From positions 160,001-224,000 of the forward strand of contig JAWLHR010000001.1 in the NCBI GenBank assembly GCA_041690295.1: a DNA stretch of 64,000 nt, written 5' to 3'. A model generated the notes under the pieces. That model was not told where the DNA came from, ran no database searches, and saw only the letters and a program-made list of their open reading frames with translations. Within the stretch, counting starts at the first letter, position 1, and each line of letters opens with the position of its first letter. The translations under genes and the position numbers were made by a program. The stretch is from Bdellovibrionales bacterium (lineage in GTDB: Bacteria; Bdellovibrionota; Bdellovibrionia; Bdellovibrionales; UBA1609). Of the stretch, positions 19,936 to 30,532 are shown in pieces.

Positions 19936-20910
19936 ATGAAAAAGGGTATCTTGCTCGTCAGTCTTTTTTTCGCCAATGCGGTTTGGGCCGACCTAACCGT
20001 GTTCACCGATCGACCCCAAAATCGTTTCACCAATGTCGTTGAAGCTTTCACCCAAAAAACCGGTCAGAAAGTGACCTTTGTCGAAGGCAGCTATAAGGAC
20101 CTGCTGAAAAGTTTAGAGGAAAAATCAACCGCCGATCTGATCATCACCAAGGATTTGGTTTACCTCAATGAACTCACCGAGAAAGGGTTGCTGCAACCCA
20201 TGACCAGCACTCCTTCAGTTCAAAAAGTGCACTCGAGCATGCGCGATCCGAACAACAATTGGGTGGCGATTTCGTTCCGCGTGCGTTCCGCGGCTTACGA
20301 TCCCTCCCGGGTCTCCGCCAATGAACTCACAACCTATGAGGACTTGGCTAGCGCCAAGTGGCTGGGCCGTCTTTGCCTGCGCACCAGCAAAGCGGCGTAC
20401 AATGAAGCCTTGGTCAGCGAACTCATCTCCCGTTACGGCGAAGAACGGGCAAGAGCCATCGTGGAAGGCTGGGTCGCCAATTTGGCCGCGCCTCCGTTCC
20501 CCAATGACACAGCCGCCCTGGAAGCCGTGGCCAACGGCACCTGTGACGTCGCTATCGTGAATCACTATTATCTGGCCCAATTGGTGGCTAAAAACCCCAA
20601 TTTCCCGGTTAAGATGGCCTTCCTCGATCAATCGGGCTCGGGCGTCCATGCCAACGGAACCGGTGTGGCGATCGTGAACGACAGCCAGCAAGCGACTCTC
20701 GCTCAGGAATTTATTGACCTGCTTCTCGAAGATGACGCACAACTTGAGATCTCAGCCGCGCACTTCGACTATCCTGCTGTTGAAAATCTGCTGCCCAACA
20801 CGTTGATCAAGGACTGGGGGACATTCATCTTGAGTTCGGAAAACTGGTCGCGCCTCGGTCCTCACGTTGAAAGCGCGCGCAAGATGATGAAAGATGCCGG
20901 TTACAATTAA
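19936..20910 (+). CDS. Fe(III) ABC-type substrate-binding protein (FutA/FbpA family)
   Basis: Signal peptide, TYEDLA, LCLRTS..YN, NDT, NHYY double-Tyr ligand. Confidence 0.88.
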   Translation: MKKGILLVSLFFANAVWADLTVFTDRPQNRFTNVVEAFTQKTGQKVTFVEGSYKDLLKSLEEKSTADLIITKDLVYLNELTEKGLLQPMTSTPSVQKVHSSMRDPNNNWVAISFRVRSAAYDPSRVSANELTTYEDLASAKWLGRLCLRTSKAAYNEALVSELISRYGEERARAIVEGWVANLAAPPFPNDTAALEAVANGTCDVAIVNHYYLAQLVAKNPNFPVKMAFLDQSGSGVHANGTGVAIVNDSQQATLAQEFIDLLLEDDAQLEISAAHFDYPAVENLLPNTLIKDWGTFILSSENWSRLGPHVESARKMMKDAGYN

Positions 20911-20919
20911 GGAGCGCAA

Positions 20920-21528
20920 TTGAATATTTCGCTTCGCCCAACCTATGTTTCATTAATCGCGTCAGGCTCGGTTCATCTGGGCCTGATCGTGCTCTTGGCG
21001 ATGGTGTCAAGCGCGCCTCGCGAGACGCGTTCTTTCGTTGAAATCACCCTCATGCCCTCGCCTGTGGCGAAAACTTCTGGAATTGAGTCGACGATCACAT
21101 CCACACCTTCGCCAATCACAAAAAACAGCACGGCACCTAAGACGGCGAAGGCCGCGCCTTTAATTTCTAAGCCGGCGATTAAAACAGATAACCAGTCCAT
21201 GCCCACCAACGCGGTTGAGCGTGGCGGCGCCGAAACCTTAAGCGCCGATGATCCGTTCGTTCTGGAAGTGGCGCGACTGCTCAACGCTCGCAAAAGCTAT
21301 CCTGAGGCGGCCCGCCGGCTTCGCCAACAGGGGCGAGTGAAAATCCGCTTTGAGATCGATCGCCAAGGGCGAATTCTTTCCTATGAAATCATCGAGAAAT
21401 CTCCTTACGAAATCCTCAACGACGCCGCCGGAAAGTTCATCCGCGATATTAACGGCTTGATCCCGATTCCCACCCGATCCGCCCGATTGACCTGGAGTTT
21501 TATCGTTCCGATTGAGTACAAACTTTGA
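20920..21528 (+). CDS. tonB: TonB family energy transducer
   Basis: N-terminal TM with SxxxH, low-complexity linker, YPEAARRLRQQGRVKIRF TonB_C domain; TTG start after AGGAG. Confidence 0.85.
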   Translation: MNISLRPTYVSLIASGSVHLGLIVLLAMVSSAPRETRSFVEITLMPSPVAKTSGIESTITSTPSPITKNSTAPKTAKAAPLISKPAIKTDNQSMPTNAVERGGAETLSADDPFVLEVARLLNARKSYPEAARRLRQQGRVKIRFEIDRQGRILSYEIIEKSPYEILNDAAGKFIRDINGLIPIPTRSARLTWSFIVPIEYKL

Positions 21529-21541
21529 TTTGAGGTTTGCC

Positions 21542-22819
21542 ATGCGAAAAATCTTACTGATTCCGATCGCGTTCACCCTAACCTTGAGCGCCTGTGATGA
21601 TTTTTTCAATAAAAGTAAAAACGCCCGGTCTCTGGGCGGCGATGACAAAAACAAACCCGCGGGTCAAAATCCCTTTCCGCCCGGCTTCGATTTCACGTCT
21701 CCACCTTTCACTGAGGCTAAAATGTTGGCGAATATCGGCGTAAAGGTGATCGCGCCCGCCACCGCCAAGCTGCGCTTACAACTGGAAGTGCTGGGTTTGG
21801 AGCTGCAATCACTGCGGGAACGTCTGGCGAACGAACGTCACGCCGACACATCGGCCGTTGAGTCGGCCTGGCGCTCGGCGATGATGAGCTATCATTTTTT
21901 GGCCGCGGCCGCCGTGGGTCCGATGACCGATAACCGACGTCAAATCGCGGACAATCTTTATGGTTGGCCCAGTTTTAATCCCTGCGGAATTGATATGGAG
22001 GTGGAAAGCCTCGCACGAACCGGTGTGATGAACGAACGGATCCTTTTCACCGCGAAAGGCCTCGCCGCGCTCGAATATTTAATTTTCGAGCCGACCCTCG
22101 GCACCCAATGCAACCCTTTAAACCCAAGATACAAGCCGGCCCACGAGTGGGCGCGAAAGGACGCTCGGCAAAAACGCGCCGACCGGATTCACTATGCCTC
22201 GGAAATCGTGAAGGATGCCGTTCATTACGCCCGCGAACTGGAACAGGCATGGGATCCCGAAGGCGCTAATTTTTCAAATACCCTGATTAACCGGACTCGT
22301 TATCCGGACCTACATAAAGCCATCAACGCCTTATCGGATGCGCTCTTTGCCTTCGAAGAGGTGAAGGACCGTCGATTGGGCCGCCCCATCGGCTTGCATC
22401 CCGATTGCACCGATGACTCGGGCAAATGCGTTACCGACATTGAACACCGCTGGTCCGGAGTTTCCATCGAAGCGATGCAAGCGCGGATGCGCGGGTTCGC
22501 CGCTGTGTTCATGGGCGCGGATTTCGGTTTGGACGACTTATTGATTTCCCAGAACAAGGCCTCGGTCAGCCAAGCCATCGAGCAAGCACTGAATCAAGTC
22601 TTGAACGCGGTGAATGAACTTCGATCGCTGGGAACCCTTGAGAACCAAATTAAAGATATGGATGTGGCGGCTTGCCGGGCATCGACCTCTGAAAATCGAC
22701 TGGTGCCCGTCTGCGCTTTACACGCGGATCTGAAGCGACTTTCCCAAGTGATGAAAATTGATTTTCTCGCGGCACTCTCATTGACCGCGCCACCCAGTTA
22801 CCAAGGCGATAATGATTAA
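21542..22819 (+). CDS. Imelysin-like (peptidase M75) lipoprotein
   Basis: Lipobox LSAC, AW..A, GP, YGWP, KGLAALEYL, C-terminal GDND. Confidence 0.8.
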   Translation: MRKILLIPIAFTLTLSACDDFFNKSKNARSLGGDDKNKPAGQNPFPPGFDFTSPPFTEAKMLANIGVKVIAPATAKLRLQLEVLGLELQSLRERLANERHADTSAVESAWRSAMMSYHFLAAAAVGPMTDNRRQIADNLYGWPSFNPCGIDMEVESLARTGVMNERILFTAKGLAALEYLIFEPTLGTQCNPLNPRYKPAHEWARKDARQKRADRIHYASEIVKDAVHYARELEQAWDPEGANFSNTLINRTRYPDLHKAINALSDALFAFEEVKDRRLGRPIGLHPDCTDDSGKCVTDIEHRWSGVSIEAMQARMRGFAAVFMGADFGLDDLLISQNKASVSQAIEQALNQVLNAVNELRSLGTLENQIKDMDVAACRASTSENRLVPVCALHADLKRLSQVMKIDFLAALSLTAPPSYQGDND

Positions 22820-24992
22820 ATTCATTGGTTTGATTTTTTTGTTTTTGCCCGCGGCCCAAGCCCAAGAATCGGCCGACACGATTTTACCGACGATTGAAAT
22901 CTTCGGCGGTTCGACTGATGAATTGAACCGCCCCATGGAACCCGCCAAAGTGAGTCGCCGGAAAATCGAACAGTACCAGTACACGGACGTCAATCGAGCG
23001 TTGAAGAACACGAGCGGCGTCTACATGCGCGAGGAAGACGGCCAGGGACTGCGGCCGAACATCGGCTTGCGCGGGACCTATCCGGATCGCTCAAAGAAAA
23101 TCGTTATGATGCAAGACGGGATCTTGATCGGCCCGGCGCCTTATTCCGCGCCCGCCGCCTACTACACCCCGAGCATGGTGCACACCGAATCGCTGGAAGT
23201 TTATAAGGGCTTCGCGGCGGTTCCCTATGGTCCAAATTCCGTGGGTGGAGCGATCCATTACCTGAGTCCTTCCATTCCCTTTTCCAATACTTATTTCATC
23301 GATGGTGGCTACGGAGCCTATGACCTCCGTCGCCTCAAACTCGGCACCGGTGGCCCGTTCGGCTCGCACGGCTACCTGGTGGAAGGATCACGGCTGCAAA
23401 CCGAAGGATTCAAGAAACTGGACGGTGGGGGAAAAACCGGATTCACGCAGAATCATGTACTGGGACGATTTGAATTCAAAATTTCGGAGCGGCTTCGTTC
23501 GGAACTCATCACCGACTACGCCGACGAGAATTCCCATGAAACTTATTTGGGACTTTCGGCGGAAGATTTTGATCAATCACCCTATCGGCGATATTCCGCA
23601 TCGGCGCTGGACAAAATGGAATGGCACCACAGCCGGTTTCAGCTGCGCAACACCTTACAGCTGAGCGGCCAAACTTTCTTGGAAGCCACGATTTATCGCA
23701 ATGATTATGAGCGCACCTGGTACCGTCTGAATGGTTTCCGCAACACCAATGTGAACTTGCACGACATTTTGAACGACCCGACCGGAACCAACGCGGACTA
23801 TTTGAATGTTCTTCGTGGCGATGCGGACTCGGCGACCCTGGGGCCGAACGGCGACCTCATTGTCTTGAACAATCATCGCACTTACTTCAGCCATGGCCTG
23901 CAAACCCGGCTGCTTTCGCAAATCGAAGCCGGCGGGCAAAAGCACGCCTTTGAGTTCGGCGTGAGAATTCACCAGGACCAAATTACTCGTGACCACACCT
24001 CGGACAGTTACCAGATGATTTCGCGACGTCTGGTGAGAACGGCCGACCCCCGCCAGACCAAAGATCAAAACCGGGACTCCGCCACGGCGCTGACACTGAC
24101 GGCAAGTGACAACTGGCGGATTGGAAGCATCACCTTAACTCCCGTTCTGCGCTATGAAGACATCAACTTCAAATTCAAGAATAAGCTGACAGGCGCCTCA
24201 CACGATCGCAATGACAGTTTCCTTGTGCCCGGCTTCGCGGTAACCAAGGCTTGGGCGGAAAACTATTCCGTTCGGGCGAGCGTCAACAAAGCCGTGACCG
24301 CGGCCGGAATCAGCTCCGACGGGACGGAAAAGCGGGAAAACGCCACCAACTATGAAATGGAATTCAAATATCGGGATCCCCTTCGCTCGCAAGAAGCCGG
24401 CCTACTGGCGTTTTACAATGATTATCAAAGGCTCACGGGAACCTGTTCAGCCTCAAGCGGCTGCCAATCCGCGACCGACGAACAATTCAATGGCGGCAAG
24501 GCGCGAGTTTGGGGTTTGGAAACAGGCGTGGCCAAAGGATTTCAAATTCAAAAAGTCCATGTTCCCGTTCAAGCCAACGCCACTTTGCTTTGGGCGGAAT
24601 GGGCCAGTGAATTCACCACGAGTTCAAAGGAGTGGGGAAGCAGCGCCCCGCTCCTTGGAGCCTCCACCATCCGTTCGGGAGATCCGCTGCCGTATGTGCC
24701 GCGCACACAATACTCGGTTTCCATCGGTACCGAATACGGAAAATTCAAACAGGATTTTTCGATCACATATCAGGGAAAAGTGTACGATCAATCGGCGGAC
24801 CATTTACGCCGTGAAATCGGCGCCTATGGTGTGGTGGATTGGGCCGCCTCTTACCAGATTTCCAAACACAACCGGATGACCGCTCGAATCGACAATATTT
24901 TAGATCGCCGATACGCCGTTTCGGCCCGACCATTCGGCCTTCGCCCCGGCAAGCCGCAAAGCTTCCATGTCGGTTGGATTTACAGGTACTAG
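22812..24992 (+). CDS. TonB-dependent receptor (FecA-like)
   Basis: EEDGQGLRPNIGLRG, PAPYSAPAAYY, YGPNSVGG plug motifs; barrel ending NILDRRY...GLRPG...IYRY. Confidence 0.92.
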   Translation: MIKFIGLIFLFLPAAQAQESADTILPTIEIFGGSTDELNRPMEPAKVSRRKIEQYQYTDVNRALKNTSGVYMREEDGQGLRPNIGLRGTYPDRSKKIVMMQDGILIGPAPYSAPAAYYTPSMVHTESLEVYKGFAAVPYGPNSVGGAIHYLSPSIPFSNTYFIDGGYGAYDLRRLKLGTGGPFGSHGYLVEGSRLQTEGFKKLDGGGKTGFTQNHVLGRFEFKISERLRSELITDYADENSHETYLGLSAEDFDQSPYRRYSASALDKMEWHHSRFQLRNTLQLSGQTFLEATIYRNDYERTWYRLNGFRNTNVNLHDILNDPTGTNADYLNVLRGDADSATLGPNGDLIVLNNHRTYFSHGLQTRLLSQIEAGGQKHAFEFGVRIHQDQITRDHTSDSYQMISRRLVRTADPRQTKDQNRDSATALTLTASDNWRIGSITLTPVLRYEDINFKFKNKLTGASHDRNDSFLVPGFAVTKAWAENYSVRASVNKAVTAAGISSDGTEKRENATNYEMEFKYRDPLRSQEAGLLAFYNDYQRLTGTCSASSGCQSATDEQFNGGKARVWGLETGVAKGFQIQKVHVPVQANATLLWAEWASEFTTSSKEWGSSAPLLGASTIRSGDPLPYVPRTQYSVSIGTEYGKFKQDFSITYQGKVYDQSADHLRREIGAYGVVDWAASYQISKHNRMTARIDNILDRRYAVSARPFGLRPGKPQSFHVGWIYRY

Positions 24993-24995
24993 CTT

Positions 24996-25919
24996 ATGCT
25001 GTGGGATCGTTTAAACGTTTGGTGGGATCGGTTTTTGGTGCCGGTCGACGATCCGGGATCGCGGCTTTTCCATCTCAACATCGTCGTGAGCCTCCTTCTG
25101 GTCGCGCTTTGGCTTTTCTGGACATCACGCAAATCAATGTGGCCGGAGTTCATCCGCCTGGTCTTCAGGCGAAAATACTGGTGGAACCGAAGCACCAAGC
25201 TCGACTATCAAATTTATATTTTGAACGGAATTCTCAAAGTTCTTCTTTTGATCCCATTCTTGGATTTCAGCTTCGAGATCGCGCGAATGGTAGGGCACGG
25301 CTTGGTTTTCTTGAACGGCGGCGAGTTCATGGGACTCAAAGCCTCCACCACTCACCTTTTCGCGTTCACCGTCGTCGCTTTTGTATGGGATGACTTCTTG
25401 CGCTTCTTTCAGCACTTCATCATGCACCGGATTCCTTTTTTATGGCGTATCCATTCCGTTCATCACTCGGCACGCGTCCTGACGCCCGTCACTTTATATC
25501 GCAATCACCCGTTGGAATCGGCCATCGCGACCTTGCGCAACTCTTTGAGCCTCGGTGTGATGACCGGATTATTCCTTTTTCTCTTCGAGGCGCGCTTCAG
25601 CGTTGTGACTTTGTTTGGTGTGAATATTTTCGGTTTTTTATTTAATCTTCTCGGCGCGAACCTTCGTCACAGCCATGTCCCGATTTCGTTCGGCCCGTTC
25701 TTCGAAAAGATTTTTATCAGCCCCAAACAACATCAAATTCACCATTCATCCAACCCGGACCACTTCGACCGGAATCTAGGCGTTTCCTTGGCGATCTGGG
25801 ATCGCCTGTTCGGGAGCTTGATATTGTCACAAGAGGTCGACAAAGTCCGCGTCGGCCTTCCGGAAAGCCACCACCAAAGCTTGTTGGGCGAGATGACTTT
25901 ACGCCGGAAATCGAACTAG
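24996..25919 (+). CDS. Sterol desaturase / fatty acid hydroxylase family membrane protein
   Basis: His boxes HFIMH, HSVHH, HSH, HQIHH; WDRLFG. Confidence 0.9.
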   Translation: MLWDRLNVWWDRFLVPVDDPGSRLFHLNIVVSLLLVALWLFWTSRKSMWPEFIRLVFRRKYWWNRSTKLDYQIYILNGILKVLLLIPFLDFSFEIARMVGHGLVFLNGGEFMGLKASTTHLFAFTVVAFVWDDFLRFFQHFIMHRIPFLWRIHSVHHSARVLTPVTLYRNHPLESAIATLRNSLSLGVMTGLFLFLFEARFSVVTLFGVNIFGFLFNLLGANLRHSHVPISFGPFFEKIFISPKQHQIHHSSNPDHFDRNLGVSLAIWDRLFGSLILSQEVDKVRVGLPESHHQSLLGEMTLRRKSN

Positions 25920-26497
25920 CTTAGGCGATCGTCACAGACAATCTGCCTGCCGTTCGGCTTCGCAGTCGAAAGGTCATCACCTCTGAAATCCCGCACGCGC
26001 ATTACCCGGGGCGAACTCAAATTGGAGTCGATCAGGAGTTCATACACTGTGATCATCGCCGGCGATTCATGTCGATCGATGTCGATAATCTTGAGAAGTG
26101 AGCCGTCATAGGAAATATTGATATCGATTTCTTCAAGGTCAGCGCCTTCGAAGCGAAATTCGCTCACTTGCAGAGGGTATTTGTCGGCTGGTATGGCTTG
26201 TCCCCTGGAAATGAGGCGCTCAAACTTCAGCGATTCCGCAATGAGCTCAATATACACGGAGTTATCAGCTTGGCGCCTGATATTTATGATGCATGAGCCC
26301 CCTTTTAATTCCGCATAGTCTTCTGAAGCATAGGTGATGGGAAGCGAGGCTTCCCGCTGCCAAGGACTTTCATCGGCACTCTGAATCTTCGATATCACCG
26401 CAGATTCGTGGTCCCCACCGGGTGAAATGCGTTCCGCACCGGCGTCCACGGTCGCCGATAGAACCGATAGTAAAGTGAACAGTTTAATCAATTTCAT
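25916..26497 (-). CDS. Hypothetical exported protein
   Basis: Signal-peptide-like MKLIKLFTLLSVLSA; no family recognised. Confidence 0.55.
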   Translation of the reverse strand: MKLIKLFTLLSVLSATVDAGAERISPGGDHESAVISKIQSADESPWQREASLPITYASEDYAELKGGSCIINIRRQADNSVYIELIAESLKFERLISRGQAIPADKYPLQVSEFRFEGADLEEIDINISYDGSLLKIIDIDRHESPAMITVYELLIDSNLSSPRVMRVRDFRGDDLSTAKPNGRQIVCDDRLS

Positions 26498-26659
26498 TCT
26501 AACCTTCCCAGGCTCCGCCAGCACAAAATCTCCAAACCTTTGGATCCACTAAATTGCAATCGTGCCAAAGCGACCATCTTAAGTGCGGACCGGGTATATC
26601 TAATTTTGGGTGTAATGATTTTATACACAGTGACAAACCACGCGCTGAGATTACGGCAC

Positions 26660-27688
26660 TCACGCCGCCGCGGACTTGCGCGGATCGTAGGCTTCGCGAA
26701 TACCTTCACCGATGAAAGTGAGTGAAGTCAGAGTGATGATCATGGCCATGGATGGGAAAAACGCCAGCCACCAGGCCAAGGTGAAATAGTTTTGCGCCTG
26801 TTGGAGCAATTCACCCCAGCTCGGAGTGGGCGGCGGAAGTCCCATGCCCAAATAATCGAGAATGGCCAAAGTGATAATGTTGGTGGCGATCTCGGCCGGC
26901 GAGAATGTGATCAGCGGACCAAGACCGTTGGGAAGAATGTGGCGGAACAAAATTCGAAACACGCCAACACCCTGGGCTTTCGCCGCTTCCACGAACTCCC
27001 GCTTGCGCAGCTTTAAAAATTCCGCGCGCATATAAGTGGAAATCCGCATCCAACCCAGGAAAACCGAAAAGGCGATCAAAAGCCAAAGACTGGCTCCCAC
27101 AAACGCGATGAGGGTGAGTAGCATCAACAAATAAGGAAGCGAGTCAAAAACTTCCACCAACCGTTGGCCGAATAAGTCAACGCGACCGCCCCAATAGCCC
27201 ATGATCGCGCCAAGCGCGGTACCCAGGGCGAAAGCCAGCATCCAAACCGCCACGGCGAAACCCATTGAGTAACGAAAACCGTAAATCAATCGCGCCAGCA
27301 CATCCCGACCGCGGTCATCGGTGCCGAACCAATTCTCCGCGCTCGGCTTGCCCGGGTAAGTTTCCAGCTTTTCATTGGATTCATAGGGATTCCAGCGAAT
27401 CAGCGGCCAAAGGGCCCAGTTCCCCTCTTTTTCCAAATCCAATGCGCGATAGTTGGTGATAATACCTTCCTGACCGAATGTCGTCGGGTAGTAATTTTTA
27501 AGAACCGGAAAATAAATCGAACCCTCATATTTCATCACGAGGGGTTTATTGTTGGCCCAAATCTCCGCGGTCAGACTTATCGCCAGTAAAAAGGCCAAAA
27601 CCCAAACGGATCCCACCGCCCGGCGAAGTGATTTGAACCGGCGGTAGCGTTTAAGAGTCAGCTCGTTTTTAATCCGGCGCTCAATCAT
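26660..27688 (-). CDS. Peptide ABC transporter permease (YejE/OppC-like)
   Basis: FGTDDRGRDV, EFVEAAKAQG EAA loop, PPPTPSWG, GEGIREAYDP. Confidence 0.93.
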   Translation of the reverse strand: MIERRIKNELTLKRYRRFKSLRRAVGSVWVLAFLLAISLTAEIWANNKPLVMKYEGSIYFPVLKNYYPTTFGQEGIITNYRALDLEKEGNWALWPLIRWNPYESNEKLETYPGKPSAENWFGTDDRGRDVLARLIYGFRYSMGFAVAVWMLAFALGTALGAIMGYWGGRVDLFGQRLVEVFDSLPYLLMLLTLIAFVGASLWLLIAFSVFLGWMRISTYMRAEFLKLRKREFVEAAKAQGVGVFRILFRHILPNGLGPLITFSPAEIATNIITLAILDYLGMGLPPPTPSWGELLQQAQNYFTLAWWLAFFPSMAMIITLTSLTFIGEGIREAYDPRKSAAA

Positions 27689-28695
27689 TTGAAATCAATC
27701 CTCGGATCCACAAGCACGTACGTCAGGTCGGAGATCAACCGACCCACCATCGACAACACGCTCTGAATGAAAATCAGCGCCATGAGCACGTTGTAGTCGC
27801 GGGACAAAATGGATTTGTAACTCAGAAGTCCCATGCCATCGAGATTGAAAATCTGCTCAATGATGATCGAACCGGCGAAGAACAGAGTTAAGAAGCTGCC
27901 CAAGCCGGTGAGGATGGGAATCAACGCGTTCCGCAGGGCATGCTTGTAAATCACGGTTCTTTCATCCAATCCTTTGGCGCGAGCCGTACGTATGTAGTCC
28001 AGCTTCACTTCCTCAAGGAGCGAATTTTTCATCAAGAACGCGAGCACGGTGAAGCCGTTCACAACGTAACAGGTGAGCGGCATGATGAAATGTTTCACCC
28101 GATCGACGAATTTCTCCCACGGAGTCATTTCAAAATAGTTGTCCGAATAAAGATCGCCGAGCGGAAGAATATCAAGGAAGGTGCCGCCCGCCAGATAGGT
28201 GCGCATTAGAATACCCAAGATGAGCGGCGGGACGGAATACATCACCATCAGCACGACACTGGTCCACAAATCAAACTGCTGACCGTCACGCACGGCTTTC
28301 GCGATCCCCAGTGGAATACTTATGCAATAGATCAGGATCAGCGCGCTGACGCCGAACTGAAGTGAAACCGGAAGCTTTTCCAAAATCACATCGAGGACCG
28401 GCCGCTGATAGGTATAGCTTTCGCCGAAATCCAAAGTGACGATGTTCTTCAGCCAAATCAAATAGCGGATGTGAAGCGGTTTATCGAAACCATACTGCTT
28501 CTTGATGGACTCGATCACCTCATCCGATACGCCCATCGAAGTGTTGCCCCCGGCCGCGCCGGCGAAACGGATTTTTGACAAAGCCTGCTCCACCGGGCTT
28601 CCAGGCGCGAGATTGATAACAACGAAGCAAATAATGGTGATGCCGAACAGAGTCGGCAACATCCATGTAATTCGCTGAAGGGCGTATTTAAGCAT
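27685..28695 (-). CDS. Peptide ABC transporter permease (YejB/OppB-like)
   Basis: APGSPVE, YGFDKP, DYIRTARAKG, VDPRIDF. Confidence 0.93.
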   Translation of the reverse strand: MLKYALQRITWMLPTLFGITIICFVVINLAPGSPVEQALSKIRFAGAAGGNTSMGVSDEVIESIKKQYGFDKPLHIRYLIWLKNIVTLDFGESYTYQRPVLDVILEKLPVSLQFGVSALILIYCISIPLGIAKAVRDGQQFDLWTSVVLMVMYSVPPLILGILMRTYLAGGTFLDILPLGDLYSDNYFEMTPWEKFVDRVKHFIMPLTCYVVNGFTVLAFLMKNSLLEEVKLDYIRTARAKGLDERTVIYKHALRNALIPILTGLGSFLTLFFAGSIIIEQIFNLDGMGLLSYKSILSRDYNVLMALIFIQSVLSMVGRLISDLTYVLVDPRIDFK

Positions 28696-28715
28696 TTTGA
28701 GCCAACGATCAAAAC

Positions 28716-30365
28716 CTACTTGGCCATATACCAGTACTGATAGCTCAGATCATAGGTATAGGTGGGCTTGTCAAAAGCCACGCGTTTGTTCAGCAGGTAA
28801 AGGTCGTACTTGGAGTTAAACAAGAACGCGTAAGGCGCGTCATTGGCGATCAAGCGAACCGCTTTTTGCCAAAGCACTTTACGTTTCTCCGGATTCAACT
28901 CCTCACGAGCCTGGTCGATCAACTTATCCACTTCCTTGTTACTGTAGGAAATGAAGTTGGAACCGCCCGTGCGCGCGCTCTCAGAGTGCCAAATCTGCTT
29001 GAGATCATCTTCCGGACTTCCACCCGCCCAGGACAGCGTGACGGCGTCGAATTTCTGCTCGTCAAGAAGCTTGGTGAAGGTGTTCCATTCGATGAGTTTG
29101 ATCTCCATGTCGATTCCGGCCTTTTTCAGGTCTTCCTTGTACATGGTGAACCACTTCTCAACGTCACGGTTGGGGAGCAGCAAAGTGAACTTGAACTCAC
29201 GCTTCTGACCGTCGATCGTGCGCTCCAGGATTCCGTTCTTGTCGGCGTCCTCCCAGCCGGCTTTCTTCAACAAGGCTTTGGCTTTGCCCGGATTGAACTC
29301 GACGGGCTTCACGTCAGCGGGCATGAACGGGCTTTTGTAATAAACCGGACCACGGCCTTCCACCGACTTATTGAACATGAATTTTTCGATCAACATTTTA
29401 CGGTTCAACAGGTGGGCCAAAGCCAAACGGGTATCCCGGTCTTTGAAAATCGGGTTCTTTTGGTTCCAGCCGATAAAGCCCCAGTTTTTGGGACGCTTGT
29501 TCTCAGCTTGAACTTTGCGGATTTTGGTGCCGAAGGGCTCGCCATTGGCCTTCTTTTCAAAGCTCTCGACTTGAATGGGCCACATCATATCGAGGTCGCC
29601 CTTCTTCACCATTTCCAACTCGAGGTTTTCTTCTTTCACGAAGCGGAAATTGATGAACTTGAATTTTCCAAGGGGCTTCATGTGGGGGAGATCTTTCGCC
29701 CACCAGTTCTCGTCTCGCTCCAAGATTATGTTTTTACCCCGGTTATAGGCCTGCACTTTATAGGGGCCTGATCCGAAAATCGGCGCTCCCGGGAATTTCT
29801 TTTTGGGGTCGCCGTAGATGTGCTTGGGAAGGATCGGAGTGAATCCGGAGGACGCCAAGACATCCAGGTTTTTGAAGTATTTCTTTTTCATTTTAATCCG
29901 CACGGTGTGCGGATCCGGAGTTTCAATGCTTTCCACGTCCTCATAGTAGGGAACACGGTGCGAAGCGCGGAACGCGGGATCACGCACGCATTCGATCGAG
30001 AATCTCACATCCTCCGAAGTCACCGGTTTGCCATCGGAGAATTTCGCGTTTTTATTCAAATAGAAGGTATAAGTTAACGCATCTTTGGAAACTTCATAAC
30101 TCTCAGCCAATTGAGGCTCATATTGGTTGGTGTCGGGGTTATGGTACAAAAGACCTTCAACAACATATTCATAGGCCAGACGTGCAGCGTACTCACCGCT
30201 ATTAATTGGATTGAACGAGTCCGGTTCCGCCGAGAGGTTACGATACAAGGTGCCTTCAACGGGAGCATCCGCTTTGCCCAATGGGTTAATTTTCAGTTTA
30301 GGTATGGCGGCACTGGCGTAACTCGCAGTCGCGATCAGAAAAGAAATGAAAACGGAACGAAACAT
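28716..30365 (-). CDS. Peptide ABC transporter substrate-binding protein (family 5)
   Basis: Signal peptide, FSDGKPVTSEDVRFS, GSGPYK; ATG 30365 after AGGAG. Confidence 0.92.
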   Translation of the reverse strand: MFRSVFISFLIATASYASAAIPKLKINPLGKADAPVEGTLYRNLSAEPDSFNPINSGEYAARLAYEYVVEGLLYHNPDTNQYEPQLAESYEVSKDALTYTFYLNKNAKFSDGKPVTSEDVRFSIECVRDPAFRASHRVPYYEDVESIETPDPHTVRIKMKKKYFKNLDVLASSGFTPILPKHIYGDPKKKFPGAPIFGSGPYKVQAYNRGKNIILERDENWWAKDLPHMKPLGKFKFINFRFVKEENLELEMVKKGDLDMMWPIQVESFEKKANGEPFGTKIRKVQAENKRPKNWGFIGWNQKNPIFKDRDTRLALAHLLNRKMLIEKFMFNKSVEGRGPVYYKSPFMPADVKPVEFNPGKAKALLKKAGWEDADKNGILERTIDGQKREFKFTLLLPNRDVEKWFTMYKEDLKKAGIDMEIKLIEWNTFTKLLDEQKFDAVTLSWAGGSPEDDLKQIWHSESARTGGSNFISYSNKEVDKLIDQAREELNPEKRKVLWQKAVRLIANDAPYAFLFNSKYDLYLLNKRVAFDKPTYTYDLSYQYWYMAK

Positions 30366-30532
30366 TCGTCTTCTCCTGTTTTGTTGTTCGCTGCACTTTT
30401 CCAAAATTGAACGCAAGACACATGAAGCCTTGCGCTGGAAGCGTACAACTTTACCTAACTGATCCTTTTTAGCAACCGGAAATCTAGTAACGACTCCGAT
30501 GCTTTAGGCTTTAGGAGAAGACGAGATGTATT

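Noticed and set aside
26552..26568. Sigma54-like TTGGCACGATTGCA on the minus strand before the 26497 gene
   Set aside because: GG-to-GC spacing is 7 nt rather than the required 10
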